A stretch of DNA of 63,910 nucleotides, the filler included, from Phoronis australis (taxonomy: Eukaryota > Animalia > Phoronida), in NCBI GenBank assembly GCA_002633005.1. It is 5 parts of 5 records of this genome, joined end to end, with 100 filler letters (N's around TTAATTAATTAA, not from the genome) between each part and the next. Parts side by side here need not be neighbours in the genome. Positions count along the whole stretch, not along the records: positions 1 to 26,803 come from NMRA01001325.1; 4 more parts are not named here. The stretch is one strand, 5' to 3'. The first letter of the stretch is position 1. Every line of letters begins with the position of its first letter. The position numbers were made by a program, and so were the translations under genes. A model generated the notes under the pieces. The model ran no database searches, was not told the DNA's origin, and saw only the letters and a program-made list of their open reading frames with translations. Below, in pieces: positions 12,885 to 25,063 of the stretch.

Positions 12885-13693
12885 CCGAAGGTTCACTACT
12901 CCGAAGGTTCTCTACCGTCGAGAAAGTTCACCACTTTCCGAATGTCCTCAATTCCGAAACCAGAACTCCGACAGTTCATTACTCTGATTTTCTACTGATG
13001 ATTCTTGAATCTAACTAAAGACTCATTCTCAATTAGGGACAACAACTTGGGCAGGTCCGGGATGCGGCGACCAACAGCGGTTTTAAACTTAAGAAGCCTG
13101 AATGAGACTTCGTGAAGACTGGCAGGCACAGGGTAGCTGACTAACTTCATACAGTTTCGACCCGGCCGTGCGACTAGTTCCGGTGGGTGAGGTTGAAGCG
13201 CAGCGACCTTAAACTTTTCTGACGCTCTGTGAGATGATGCGAGCTTGACATGGGATTAATGAATGTAGCGTGGTTGATAATTCATCGACATTCCTGCTTC
13301 ATATTCTTTTAGAAATGCAAGTACGTACTCATTTGTAAGACATGCGGACAATTTCACATTCACATGAAATCCAAACAAGGTGATTTATTAGCCAGGTATA
13401 TAGTTGTTGGTATCGTTGTATCTATCTGGTGGCTCCGTGGTCAGCGGACCTTTCGGGTCCTTCACGGAGTCTCCATAAACGTAAATCTGTATCAAGTGTT
13501 TTTTTTTTGTCTTAACGTGAATAAAGCGTATTACTACTACTACTAATAGCCGAAGTGTCGCTTATTTTTATGTAAAAGTTACACCTGAGTCAGAAATTTT
13601 AGACATTTTTGGAGTAGTGAACCTTCGGAGTGGCAAACCTTCGAAGTATTGAACCTTCGGAATAGTGAACCTTCGAAACAGTGGGCTGTTCCC
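12885..13693. mobile_element. Foldback/MULE-like non-autonomous element with inverted arrays of a 16-bp subterminal repeat
   Basis: ccgaaggttcactact units on the left and agtagtgaaccttcgg units on the right (13614-13676), ending gggctgttccc. Left terminus and TSD not seen. Confidence 0.6.
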
Positions 13694-15062
13694 ATTTCCA
13701 GCCATGTAACCAACTTTTAACAAAAAACAAAAATGCAATCAGATAAAAAATACGTCAAGTCATTCTCCGACTTAAAAGGGGACTGTAGTCAAAATAATGT
13801 TGCAGTTAATCGGTTCTAACATACAAATAAAACTCACATTTGCCTGACTTGCGTGCCAAACAAAAGCCAATTCGTATTCATGGTCAAAACACTAAATTCT
13901 GAAAGCGATCGCTGATTGGCTGATGTGTCAGTGACGTGAACGGCGGGGTATCGGCTGCTTTGCACATTCATTGCTTATGTCATATTTGAAGAGTTTACAT
14001 CGTAATTTATCATTGTATCNCAGCGGTTTTAAACTTAAGAAGCCTGAATGAGACTTCGTGAAGACTGGCAGGCATTCTCCGACTTAATATTTCCGTTTGA
14101 GTAGGTAATGACGACATAGTCATTTCTGATATTACTAAGTCTGCCTTATTTCAGGAACATAGAACTGAGATCCATCGTTACCGTGGATGCAGATTTCCCT
14201 TCTCCATAATTAAACTGCGTCAACCGCCTTACCAAAAACTCGAGTGTAGACGTTTGCAAAAGGTCCAATTTTCTAGAAATTCGAACCACCCCCGCGCAAT
14301 GTTGGCTTCGGCCCTGGTCGCACAAGTTAGGAAATTGCGCTCTTGCAGAGCCAGCACATTACTTGTGCATTGATTTCGTGCTTCATCCCACCAAGTGGCC
14401 ACTCCTCAAGAGGCAGCATTCAGCGCTACCTCGTGCTAAACAATGTTATACATTACGAAGGTACAAAAATCCTTTTTTTACAAAAAATATGCAACTTCAA
14501 ATAAGACTTTCCAAGTATCAAATGCTTGAGTATATTTCTAGCCACACTGGAAAACGTAGGTGGTCCTCTGACACGGACACAGAAAGAAAAGATACCTTCA
14601 AAATCCAATATTGTGCAAACTAACACGTTAACTGTAGACCAAGTGATTGAACGTCAAAGTACAGTCTGGGGGTATTATGAAAACTTGAAATTAGTTTAAT
14701 TATGATATGCAGCTAAACTGAACGAATAACAACACTGAATACAATTTTAAACGACAAGGTTTTATTTCATAAGAAATTCCAGGTGCAAACAGCCAATGTG
14801 TAAACAACGTGTGGTAACGCAAATGAAACAAAATACGACACTGTTTGCTTTAGTTTACAAACTTTAACTCAAATTGAGCGGGACATGGTATCTACTTATT
14901 TATCTTGACTCCGATATTTCACTGACTAAGCATGAACTACCGGAACTTAAAACGTTTCATTTCCTTTTCCGACAGAAGCATTCATACGTAGAATAAGATG
15001 CTGAACGCGCAATTTCATCACAACGAACAACACATACGAACGTGGATTCTGAGGTAATCTAC

Positions 15063-15113
15063 TTAGCATCTTTTGAGAATTTTCTTGCACGTAACACCAG
15101 CAAACGTAGTCGT
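15063..15113 (-). CDS. FABP-family gene exon 4 (TTTFAGVTCKKILKRC*)
   Basis: ttttcag| acceptor; 51 nt to TAA. Spliced CDS is 402 nt = 133 aa. AATAAA at 14761-14766 on the minus strand. Confidence 0.88.
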   Translation of the reverse strand, partial: TTTFAGVTCKKILKRC

Positions 15114-15475
15114 CTGAAAACCAAAACAAATCAGCACATTTTATTTTACAAATAACAAACAAACAAATAAATCAAATATGTTTTGTTAAATATTATGGCT
15201 GGGAACATTACATGTCTAAAGATGCTGCGGTTTAGAGTCGATTGCAATACTTTGCGTGTAACAGTAGGCTAACATGTCATGGTGATGTCACAAATACACC
15301 AAAATGTCGAAAAACACGTTGGATTAGTTTGATTTGCTTTATTCTTGCTGCTTTATCATTTCTAAATAAGAATATTCTCTTTGTTGCATCTGTCTGTTGC
15401 TACAATTGTTTACTGTACGCGTGTGCCGGCAGAGATGCTGTGCGTATTTGCCCACCTTACAATTGGTCAACTTAC

Positions 15476-15580
15476 CGTTGTCATGGTGTCACCCTTTATC
15501 TCCTTAGTTACCTCCATGATGCGACCGCTCTCCATTTTGTGAGCCTCTTCCCATTTACCGTTGACAAACTTGACAGTGGT
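15476..15580 (-). CDS. FABP-family gene exon 3 (TTVKFVNGKWEEAHKMESGRIMEVTKEIKGDTMTT)
   Basis: ttttag| acceptor and |gtaag donor; 105 nt; phase 0-0. Confidence 0.88.
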
Positions 15581-16410
15581 CTAAAATAAAAATATGGAAC
15601 TCTTTAACGGGCGTGGAAATAAGTATCGTTAAATCACGTGATGTGGCCAACAGGTGGCGTGCAGACCAGATTTCAAAATGTTGGTGAGTGCTCTAAAATA
15701 CAAAATGATGCTCAGTCATGAATGTAGACTACTAGCATCAATCGATTACCGTAAGCTTACATAGGTCGCTTGCAAACAAACACATATCACGGCTCTGTTA
15801 TATCTTTGTTTGCTCGTGCCATCCAGGAGAGCATCTAAAGGATGCAAATATTTGCGTTCCCGTCATACGTGATGAATTTAAACCGCAACAGACGAACATC
15901 AATACACTTCGGTACATGCTCAAATGGTATAATCGAGATTTTTGGTTTCGAATATCCCTACCTTTACAGACACTTCCACATTTTCCTCTCACGTTCATTT
16001 ATAAAAAAAATCAAATAAACTGCAGTATGCAATTATTATCGCTTGTAGAAGGCTACTCAGTCACGCATGGATGAATTGCGAGGGAAAATTTTGTTCAAAG
16101 CATACATATCTATGTACTCAAGTAACATAATTGAGTTTTTTATCAGGACCAAGATTAACATTTGGCCCACTTTTGTGAGACCAGCAAATGATGCCTATTG
16201 CGTTAGGAAAACATGTCGAATTTCGATGAAGGATCCAGGGTTGTTACTAATAGTTTAAATAATCACCGTTGATTGATTTGAGCATGGATGAAGTTCGGAT
16301 ATAAAAATAATCGAGAGAATTTTCAAATGAACTCATTAAGCACAAGAGATGAAGTTCCTTTTAATTTATTATTGGAATTATAAAGTATTATTTCTTTCAA
16401 GAATACTAAC

Positions 16411-16583
16411 CTCGACGTCTTTTCCCAGTGGCGATTTGTACGAGCAAGTTTTTCCAACTTCAAAATCGTAGTCTTTACTGAAGACTTCACCTTTTATAGA
16501 CATACACACTTTGTTTCCATTCACCGTGTATGTGTTAATAGGGCGAGCCTTCTTCCACTTCTCTTGATATTCCTTAGGCACGC
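16411..16583 (-). CDS. FABP-family gene exon 2 (GVPKEYQEKWKKARP...DFEVGKTCSYKSPLGKDVE)
   Basis: tag| acceptor and |gttagt donor; 173 nt; FxVG motif. Confidence 0.9.
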
Positions 16584-17253
16584 CTACAACCATAAAGTAA
16601 TGTCACTGGAGTGTTCTACACGCAGTGATGAGATGCACACGCACGGCAACAAGCGACATTACTTTCCCAGGTTTTGAATGATACGCAGCTTGATGTCTAA
16701 CACTGTGTACTATACCACGCGCGGATCCAGCAACGTAGACAGTCGCACTGATGGGGCTGGGCAGGCAACCTGCCTCTCTGAACACACTACTAAAAATGCA
16801 GTGGCATGCCGTTGTAGATTTGTTGCAAATATTTGTCCTTCGGAAATTGATGTTGGCACCCTTTTCCACATCATAAGTTTGCCAGTGGTACGAACATGAA
16901 GGTTGGTTTACATTTTTATTACCACGTTAAAATTACCGAGCCGGGATAGCCCTGACGTATTTTTGGATGCTTGCGCACCTGAGCTTTCAAATGCCTTTAT
17001 TTAAACAAGTGTTTGGCCGTTTAATGACATAAACCATAACATATTGTATCTTTCAATTACTCTTTTCCGATATTCAAAGGAGGCATTGTGCTGAGGTCCA
17101 ATATTCTATTTTCTTACTTTTGCGGCGAAGCAAGGGCATGGCCTTGGGTTTTGGTGGAAGATAATGAAGTCGCACTCTACGGTTTGCTGAAACAGACAAC
17201 CTTAACAAATGAATGCACTTGCTTTATCCGTAGCCTAGAGAAGTCAGTCTTAC

Positions 17254-17326
17254 CTAAGGCGTCTGACAAAGCATCTTCGTTTTCGTCCACGCTGTCGAAT
17301 TTCCACGATCCTACGATTGATTCCAT
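17254..17326 (-). CDS. FABP-family gene exon 1 (MESIVGSWKFDSVDENEDALSDAL)
   Basis: GxW motif; 73 nt ending phase 1 at G|gtaag, the canonical iLBP exon 1 size. Confidence 0.9.
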
Positions 17327-17386
17327 TTTCAGTAACGTTTAGAGTGGGTTTGCGTTACAAACATGGAAACGCAATTTCAGGATTGC

Positions 17387-17394
17387 CTTTTATA
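17387..17394 (-). promoter_or_regulatory. Probable TATA box of the FABP gene
   Basis: TATAAAAG on the minus strand about 60 nt upstream of the ATG. Confidence 0.6.
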
Positions 17395-18490
17395 TGGCGT
17401 TACCTGTCAATGTTGCTATGGACGCTGCGACATATTCCGTTGTTTACTCTGCAATATCATATGTGTGCAGTCTTTTATTTACATTTGAAGTGACTCAATA
17501 CACTAGTTTCGCAATCCCAATTGCTCAACCTGTCAGGGTATGTAAGTTTCTGATCCGTGTGCATGTTTTCAGATCAATCTTCATTGAATTTTGAAATCTG
17601 GAATATTGACTTAAATTTGAAATTGCAATGTTCAATCTGGTTCAACTAAAATTGAATAGTGAAAATAGAAAATGTGGCCAGTGTTTCATTTTCCAGTATA
17701 AATTTAAAATGAAACAATGAGTCAATATTCTAATTAACAGGTGTTTAGATACCGACACTACTGTGACTGTTTAAGGCTATTTGGCTTGTCCATAGTTGCT
17801 GCACCGATTTCCGGAGCGAGAGTGTCCGGATTTCGCATCAGTCTCTAACTGGAGAAATTTTCAAGGGGTTACACCACCGAGAAATCTTATTATCCATTCC
17901 TTAAAAGAGTCAGGACTATAAATACACACCCTTTTAGAAACGTAGTCCGATTAAAAGGGCTCATTTGTAGGGAGCTTTAAGAGTTCCTCTTTCGCAGAGG
18001 TTTATTCCCACAGAAAGCTGTAAATATTTAACTAGTATTTAGTAAACAACGCATTGGATTGTAGTCGTACCTTACACGTCACCTTTGAATTCATAAGAGA
18101 CGTAGAATGAACGTTTAAGCAGGAAATTTTGTCAGAACGCTCGCCTTGAAGAGAAAATGTCCGTGAAGACCCCAGCGCCTATCAGTACCTTACTCGCCAG
18201 GGTATCCCCAGGAAAATGCAAGCAAAGCATATAATCCCCAAGAGGTATTGTTTGGATATACGTGTAGGTCGTCGCTAGCAGGCTTCACATTTCGGTAATT
18301 GTAGCGAAACCTGTCAATTGCGTCTTGCGCATTTTCTAAGGTCGTGAAAGAGACATTATCACATTATCAATTTCACGGCGGAAACGAAGTTTTTGGGTTA
18401 TTTTTGAGAGAGAGGGGGGGGAGACGGGAGAGGGAGAGAGACAGAGAGACAGAGACAGACAGACATCTTAAAGTCATTAGCTTTGACCAG

Positions 18491-18717
18491 GGGACCCGTT
18501 CCAAGAAAGCTGACTTTGCTAAGGCAACCATTTTATGTTAAAAATTTGTCTCAAGTTCGTTTCAAGGAAGAGCTCCTAAGTTTGACTTAAGTTTTCTCTC
18601 AAATTTTGTTTTAATTTTGACTAAATTATGGGATGTGGATGTTTCAAAATTTTTGGAAGTTGAAACAAATCTTAGACTTAAATAAATAATGAACGTTCAG
18701 CTTCTTGGAACTGACCC
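18491..18717. mobile_element. Harbinger-like MITE
   Basis: Imperfect TIRs gggacccgttccaagaaagctga and (rc) gggtcagttccaagaagctga; preceded by cag. Confidence 0.55.
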
Positions 18718-18943
18718 AAGAGCTGTAAAGCAACACAAAATGTGCTTTGTTTGTGATTTTAATACAAATCGTCAAAAAGCATTATGATGAATTTCAGTGT
18801 GACACCAGTTATTTCCATTTTCTGACATTACTAAACTCCTTTATTAAAAATTCAATTCATTCAATAATCCAACACATAAGTAAAAAATTCTGCAATTACC
18901 CTCCCCCCAATCCAAACAGATTTTCTAGGTAAAGACACGTGCG

Positions 18944-19185
18944 TCACATCTCCGTGGAGTTGTACGATTTAAACGGCTCTAACGAGTTCTTGTTCCGCTC
19001 TTGGTCTTCATCACTGTCGTCGCTCAGCAGGATCTCATCACTAGCACCGGTAGATGTCGTAGGTGCATACTTGTACCAGAACGCTAAGGCCACAAATATG
19101 GCAAAGTTGAGTACCATGAGGCCAGCCAAAAGAAAGAAGAAGTACTCTGCCCAACCATCATTGATATCATCTGGTAACCACTGTG
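18944..19185 (-). CDS. SLC15A4-like terminal exon (QWLPDDINDGWAEYFFFLLAGLMVLNF...STEM*)
   Basis: ttccag| acceptor in phase 1; last TM helix; stop at 18944; AATAAA at 18840-18845. Confidence 0.9.
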
Positions 19186-19648
19186 CTGGAAACAACAAAA
19201 CTGACAATGTTTGATAAACAGGTTTGCCATATACAGAAACAGTTGTTCAATGTTGTGACCCTATAATCGGTATCTACAAATGGTTGAATTTTTAAAGTGA
19301 AAACCTGCGCTGGGGCATTTTTGTCCCAGTGACCACGTGCGCAGGAATAAATATTACTTCAAAAAACTGAAATACTGGGTCAGATTTTCTAGCAAAAACA
19401 ATTTTTCAGAGCAGACATTTTACATTACCGTCTCCACTCTCACACTCATCTGTATTGGGTCGAACCAAAATCAGTGAACGTGCTTCAAAATCATTACTTT
19501 TGCCTTCATCGAAAATATGATTACTTGCAATGAAAAAGATTTTTAATCCACTATGAAAGTGTTCTCTTGCTTTTCCCTATTGCTTACATTACCAAATGGA
19601 TTCGCCACCAACATACAAATAATTATTCACATGGTTTTGAAAGCTTAC

Positions 19649-19780
19649 GATTAGTTGCACCGTTGACTATGGCTACCAAGGCCGATCCGAGGTAAGCACC
19701 GAAACCGTTCGCCGACAAGAACAGACCCATTATAACACCACTCAGCTCAGGTGGCGCCTGCGAGAAAGCAAACTCAAGAC
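19649..19780 (-). CDS. SLC15A4-like exon (GLEFAFSQAPPELSGVIMGLF...VNGATN)
   Basis: 132 nt, phase 1-1; GLEFAxSQAP motif. Confidence 0.92.
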
Positions 19781-20771
19781 CTGTAGGGAAAAAATGACAG
19801 TGAGTGCTTTGACTCCTTACGTCGGTCTCCATGGTGATGCTTGTTACACTCACGTGTAGACATATCAGGTAGAAACAATCCAGTATCAGTTAAGGTTATA
19901 TGTGGAGTCTGTGCGGTGCATTTAGCCGCATGCAAACCCACCCAATTTAACTCAGTAAAAGTATATTTTCTGAGACAAGGAAGCCTGCGCAATTTGACTT
20001 TTCAAAAGTCTTACACTTTTTGGGTCCCTAGACGTGAAATCAAACAAAAAAGACGGAAACCGGCAATACAACGGTATCAATAATATGAAAAAAGTTCCCT
20101 CAATTGAAATGTTTAATATGAAATTTCAAAAATACTCTTATAGTTTTCTAAACTAACATTTGGTTTGGCAACTTTCAAGTCCTAAAGACCAAGTTGTGAT
20201 AGCCTTTCTTCATGCAAAATTGAAACATTTTAAAGACCATTTTGGAGAACATTTCAAAAAACATTTGAAACTTTTGTTTTGGATCCTACTAGTCATTTCT
20301 GCGATACGATATTGCAAAGTTAGTCAAAGTCGGGCATTTTTCTATAGGGTCTGGCACATCCTTAACTTGATGAGTTTAGATTAGCCAACATCCACCTTGA
20401 TGTCTAATGCTACAGTAACATGTTTCCATTTCAAGATAATGAAGAATCCTATGCTCAACGTGTGAGATTTCTGCGAAATTCTAGTAATAGGCAATATTAG
20501 CTGTCCAAATTCAAGAATTACGATAAAACCCTAATAAATATTCATCCAATGTTACCCACTGCGTGGACGTTGTATCGACGGTTATTGCCTTCAATTTTTT
20601 AAATATTTTCAGCCTCTGTTTATGCAAATCGCAACTTGATGATGAGAACAGTCTCGAAATATAGTTGTCATTTTACATATCGTTGAAAACTATTACTGAG
20701 TAGTCGTGAATATTGGAGTGTGATAACAAATTTTACCTTGGTGAAAGTTAATGGAATTTTCAATGTATTAC

Positions 20772-20972
20772 CTGTGATACTTGCAAACACTTCACTTGCA
20801 CCCATTAACATAAACTGGGGAACCTGCGCCAAAACTGTGATGTTCGAGGCATTATGGACAGTGTTTCCTATTTTCTGGGGGAATCCTCCATGGAAAGCGA
20901 TGTCATCTTTTCGGGAAATTTCCAAGAAACCTCCCACAACCAAACATGCAGCCGCCAAAAGGTAACCAAAAC
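20772..20972 (-). CDS. SLC15A4-like exon (GFGYLLAAACL...QVPQFMLMGASEVFASIT)
   Basis: 201 nt, phase 1-1; QxPQF..G.SEVFASI motif. Confidence 0.92.
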
Positions 20973-21782
20973 CTATCAATATTACAGCGGAATGTTATCT
21001 TTATGAAGGCGCTTTGAACAATTTGGTATGTTTTATTTGTCATTCGACTCTTTTTGTGGTTTTCCACCAAAATGAAATTATCAATACATGAATCTGCTGA
21101 GCTTATTTGGACCTGCTCTCATTTTCCTATTGTTCGAAGTTCAAAGTGTGGGTTTTCGTATGACTCGGAAGTAGCATACAAAGTGCCACTAGGGGGAGTA
21201 CAGCACGATGAAAGCACCAATGGAAAGTTGATGGTCATTTGGCAGCAGTCCAATGTCACGTGCATTTCGCGGTGTATACCTTACACTTCAAAACACTGCC
21301 CTCCACTGGACATAACTTTCAAAATTATTGGCGTCCGTGATGACGCACACTCCCCTCAATATTCATGTCCTCCAGCTTCAGGTTATATAGCACCTTACTG
21401 TGCACTTAGCCAACTGTAAAAACTTCTACATATAATTCAATTTTAGCTTCACAGTAACCTGTCATTAATTTTGTCACATGACCACGTATTTTAGTAAAGT
21501 TAAGCAAAAAAGAAAGGTTAATTCATAGCAGAACAACGATACATAGAATACGTGAAAGTTTCATTTCATTTTCGGTTCAGGCAAATTTTGATTTTTTCAT
21601 AAAAATCGTTAATTCTTATTTTTGACAGCCAACCATGCAAAAGTGGAACAATTTAAAAACAGTTCCTTATATATCATAGTATATTGAATGTTTCTTCTGT
21701 ATCCGAGCAACTTTTTTGAGATGCGATATTGTAAAGTTAGTCAACTCTGGATATTTTTCTGGGATCCTTCATAACCATAATT

Positions 21783-22078
21783 CATGGGCGGCGCACCATA
21801 GGGGGCTAGGGGGCTATAGCTCCCACTTTTTTTCAGTTCTACGCTGCACGTAGTCTGTAGGTGTTGCCCCACAGGGAGGACTGAGGAGGGTTTAGCCCCC
21901 ACTTTTTTCAGTTCTACGCTCCACATAGTCTATAGGTGGTGCCCCACAGGGAGGGCTGAGGGGGGTTTAGCTCCCACTTTTTTCAGTTCTACGCTGCACA
22001 TAGTCTGTAGGTGGTGCCCCACAGGGAGGACTGAAGGGGGGTTTAGCCCCCACTTTTTTCAGTGCTGCGCCGCCCATG
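21783..22078. mobile_element. MITE with CATGGGCGGCGCA TIRs and an internal 76-bp tandem array
   Basis: 13-bp perfect TIR. About 3.3 internal units (cccacttttttcagttctacgc...). TAATT flanks both ends. Confidence 0.75.
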
Positions 22079-22118
22079 TAATTGTCATGATGGAAAAACA
22101 AAAAATATGAAATAGTTA

Positions 22119-22774
22119 CACTAGCAAAACTAAAATGACGAGCGTCGGTACAAAAATATATTAAAATATCCCCACGTAAAGAGCGATGCGCTCTTTGTCA
22201 AGGGTGTGCTACAGACTGCTGAATATATGTGGATAGATCTAAAATAAAATGGCACAGGGGACAACATAGTGACATAAAATAAACGTGAACAATATGAACA
22301 CAACAGGACTTAGCAACTACCACTGGGGTATGCCTACGTATGACGAGAGAGAGAGAGAGAGAGAGAGTGAGAGAGAGAGAGAGAGAGAGACCCAAACGCA
22401 GCTACTGGAGTCTATTCACTACAGACTTGTAGTGAACAGACTCCTCCCTCCCTCCCTCATTCCCTCNNNNNNNNNNNNNNNNNNNNNNNNNNNNNNNNNN
22501 NNNNNNNNNNNNNNNNNNNNNNNNNNNNNNNNNNNNNNNNNNNNNNNNNNNNNNNNNNNNNNNNNNNNNNNNNNNNNNNNNNNNNNNNNNNNNNNNNNNN
22601 NNNNNNNNNNNNNNNNNNNNNNNNNNNNNNNNNNNNNNNNNNNNNNNNNNNNNNNNNNNNNNNNNNNNNNNNNNNNNNNNNNNNNNNNNNNNNNNNNNNN
22701 GCCCGCTCGCTCGATACGTGGGGATGTTTCAATACATTTTAGTACCGACGCTCGTCATTTTGATTTTACTAGTT
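22119..22774. mobile_element. CACTA/EnSpm-like non-autonomous element spanning an N-gap
   Basis: About 60-bp TIRs (aaaatgacgagcgtcggtac...atccccacgta). Begins CACTA, ends TAGTT, TTA on both flanks. Contains a (GA)n tract. Confidence 0.65.
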
Positions 22775-22939
22775 TTACTATTTTATATTTTTATTCTTCG
22801 ATAGCTGCACGGCATTGCAACATCTACTAAAATCTAAATTGTGGCAGCTAAACGTCACACTTGAGTGAAACCACTGCAATGTGTGACTGATGCTTGATGA
22901 CTACCTAAATCTCTAGAAACTTCATTCTTATTACTTTAC

Positions 22940-23126
22940 CTATTTTTTGGAGAGGTGTTGGTCTCCGGTTAAACTTTTCCAGGAGTGGAAATACCACGAA
23001 ATCCATGATGGGGACCACGATTAGAATGATGACAGTATTGAAGAGGTTGAGGGATGCGGCGGGCAGGGTGATCGAGCCGAGCTGGAGGTCCATCCTTTGA
23101 GCTTGCAATAGGAATGTGCTTTGCAT
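22940..23126 (-). CDS. SLC15A4-like exon (MQSTFLLQAQRM...RPTPLQKI)
   Basis: cag| acceptor and |gtaaag donor; 187 nt; PAASLNLFN and LQKIG POT-family motifs. Confidence 0.9.
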
Positions 23127-24708
23127 CTGTAACAATCCCAAAATTTGGAATTTGGGTTGCAGTTTCAAATCATGGAATGTAAAGATCCTTGAACTCACAC
23201 ACAATTTAAACAATCTGCACAATTTTCCAAAAAAAAACAATACCTTTAAAAACTTAATAAAACTAATCCTCGACTATAATTGGGTCGTTTTTGGGTCTGA
23301 TGGACTTTTGAGATGCTTAATTCTACCTTGGTCCATAAAGTAAAAGGGTGTGTCGTTTGACTGATTCTAGGAAATTTGTAATGCGCTTCCTAAAAAATGC
23401 TAAGTTTGTGAGGAAAATATATCCTCAGGTCATTGAGAAGTGCAGCAAGGAGCGTTGAAATGCGCCCATGACTGCAACGCAAACGGTGTGCTCCTAGGAG
23501 ATACATCCGCCTACGCCGGACGCCATGACGTTAGAAATGACGACAATATGGTAACCACATGTACATGTAAATATGTGGGTGCATAAAAATCAATGGAAAT
23601 ATAAGCAAATGACAAATTGCAACATTTGGCCTTAGCCAAGTGTTTTTCATATAATTATTGAAGTAACTCCACTTTGTTCCATGCATGCGATTTTCTATTA
23701 CACGCACGTGCTTGTGCAAAACCAAGGTGTCCTCGATCCACTCGACACTTTCTTTGTTGCCTGAGCCCACTTCAAATTCACTTCAAGAGGTATAGTGCAG
23801 ATTGGTCAAGAAAAGTGTTCTTTGGACGAAATTTGGGTATTCGTACCAGTGCATATGATCTACAGGGCGTAAAAAGGACAGAAACCGCCCTCAAAATATA
23901 ACACTCTTAGTCGATGACTATCATTTTTTTCGACGTGAAGCACTGGAGAAAGAATTATACAGTCGTGAAGGAAGCTTGAGGATGAATATTTAGTATTAGT
24001 GCTGTGGAAGTATGCTAGCGGTGGTTTTTGCTCAAGCCCGGAGGGAGGTCCATAAGGAAAGATTAACCATGACTGTGACAATCGAGTAGATCTGTAACCT
24101 GGCACGTGAGAATGTACCAAACAGTGCGACAGTCACTGTTCAAGTCAACAAGAGCATTTGGTGGTAAGTGGGGTGACGTGCAAAATTGCGAAACAGTACG
24201 ATACGTTCATTTCACCCATGTTAACCAAATGAGCAAAACGTGATCTCTGCGATGCACTGATATGACGGTCCCGATATGAAATCTCCTTTTTCCTTGAGGT
24301 AAGAAAATGCGTTGTTACACTGTCATCGTTTTCAAAGCATCGGGCTAATTCTAAGAATTTTGTTGGTAAGTATTTGCAGCATTTTGGGTAAGTACTGTGA
24401 GCACTGGCGTAGCCAGAAGTTTCCAATAGGTGGAGCCAAATTTGGTTAATCAGCTGTCCGTGACCTGTGCTTCCCTCTCTCCACGGTAATATGCAGTACA
24501 TTAATTTTACCCCTAGAAATCATTTTACTGGATAACATTTTACCATATGCTTCCTTTGTTTGTTAATACTTTATTGATCAAAAAAGGAAATACAGCAAGA
24601 AAAATGTGTGCTTAAAAGAAACATCATGCACATACACACACACACACACACACGCACGCATGCGCCCGCACACACATCAACTAACTTGCAGAAGCATGCA
24701 AGTAAGTA

Positions 24709-25063
24709 CCGGTATTTTCAGTAGATAAGCCCATGGGCGTGTATTCGGAAAATGAAAATTTTCAGGCGTTTTAACAACACCAAATAAACGCCCGGGTGTT
24801 TATTCGGAAAAGGGGGTCGTGTAAAGGTAAAGTCATAGTTTTGCTGACTTTGATATATTTTACTTAAAACTGTGTTTTTAAGTTTTATGTTAATACATGC
24901 ATAGTTCTCCACCATCTTGTTCGTTTTTATAAATGATAAATGCTCCATAAAACTGAATTTGTGACAAAAACTTGACTGGGAGTGGGGCGTTTATTCGGCA
25001 TAATTTTCCGAATAAACGCCCATGGGCGTTTCATCGGGTGGGATTATCTACTGAAAACCCGGG
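24709..25063. mobile_element. Tc1/mariner(pogo)-like MITE
   Basis: TA on both sides; TIRs ccggtattttcagtagataa and (rc) cccgggttttcagtagataa; internal gggcgtttattcgg repeats. Confidence 0.75.

Noticed and set aside
14021-14087. Exact copy of about 13076-13129 fused to a piece of about 13761-13775
   Set aside because: Begins immediately after a single N; probably an assembly or haplotype join.
18406-18463. GA-rich tract (also CA tract near 24630-24676)
   Set aside because: Ordinary microsatellites.
23450-23468. 19-nt exact match to 62510-62528
   Set aside because: Most simply a fragment of a dispersed repeat; too short to classify.
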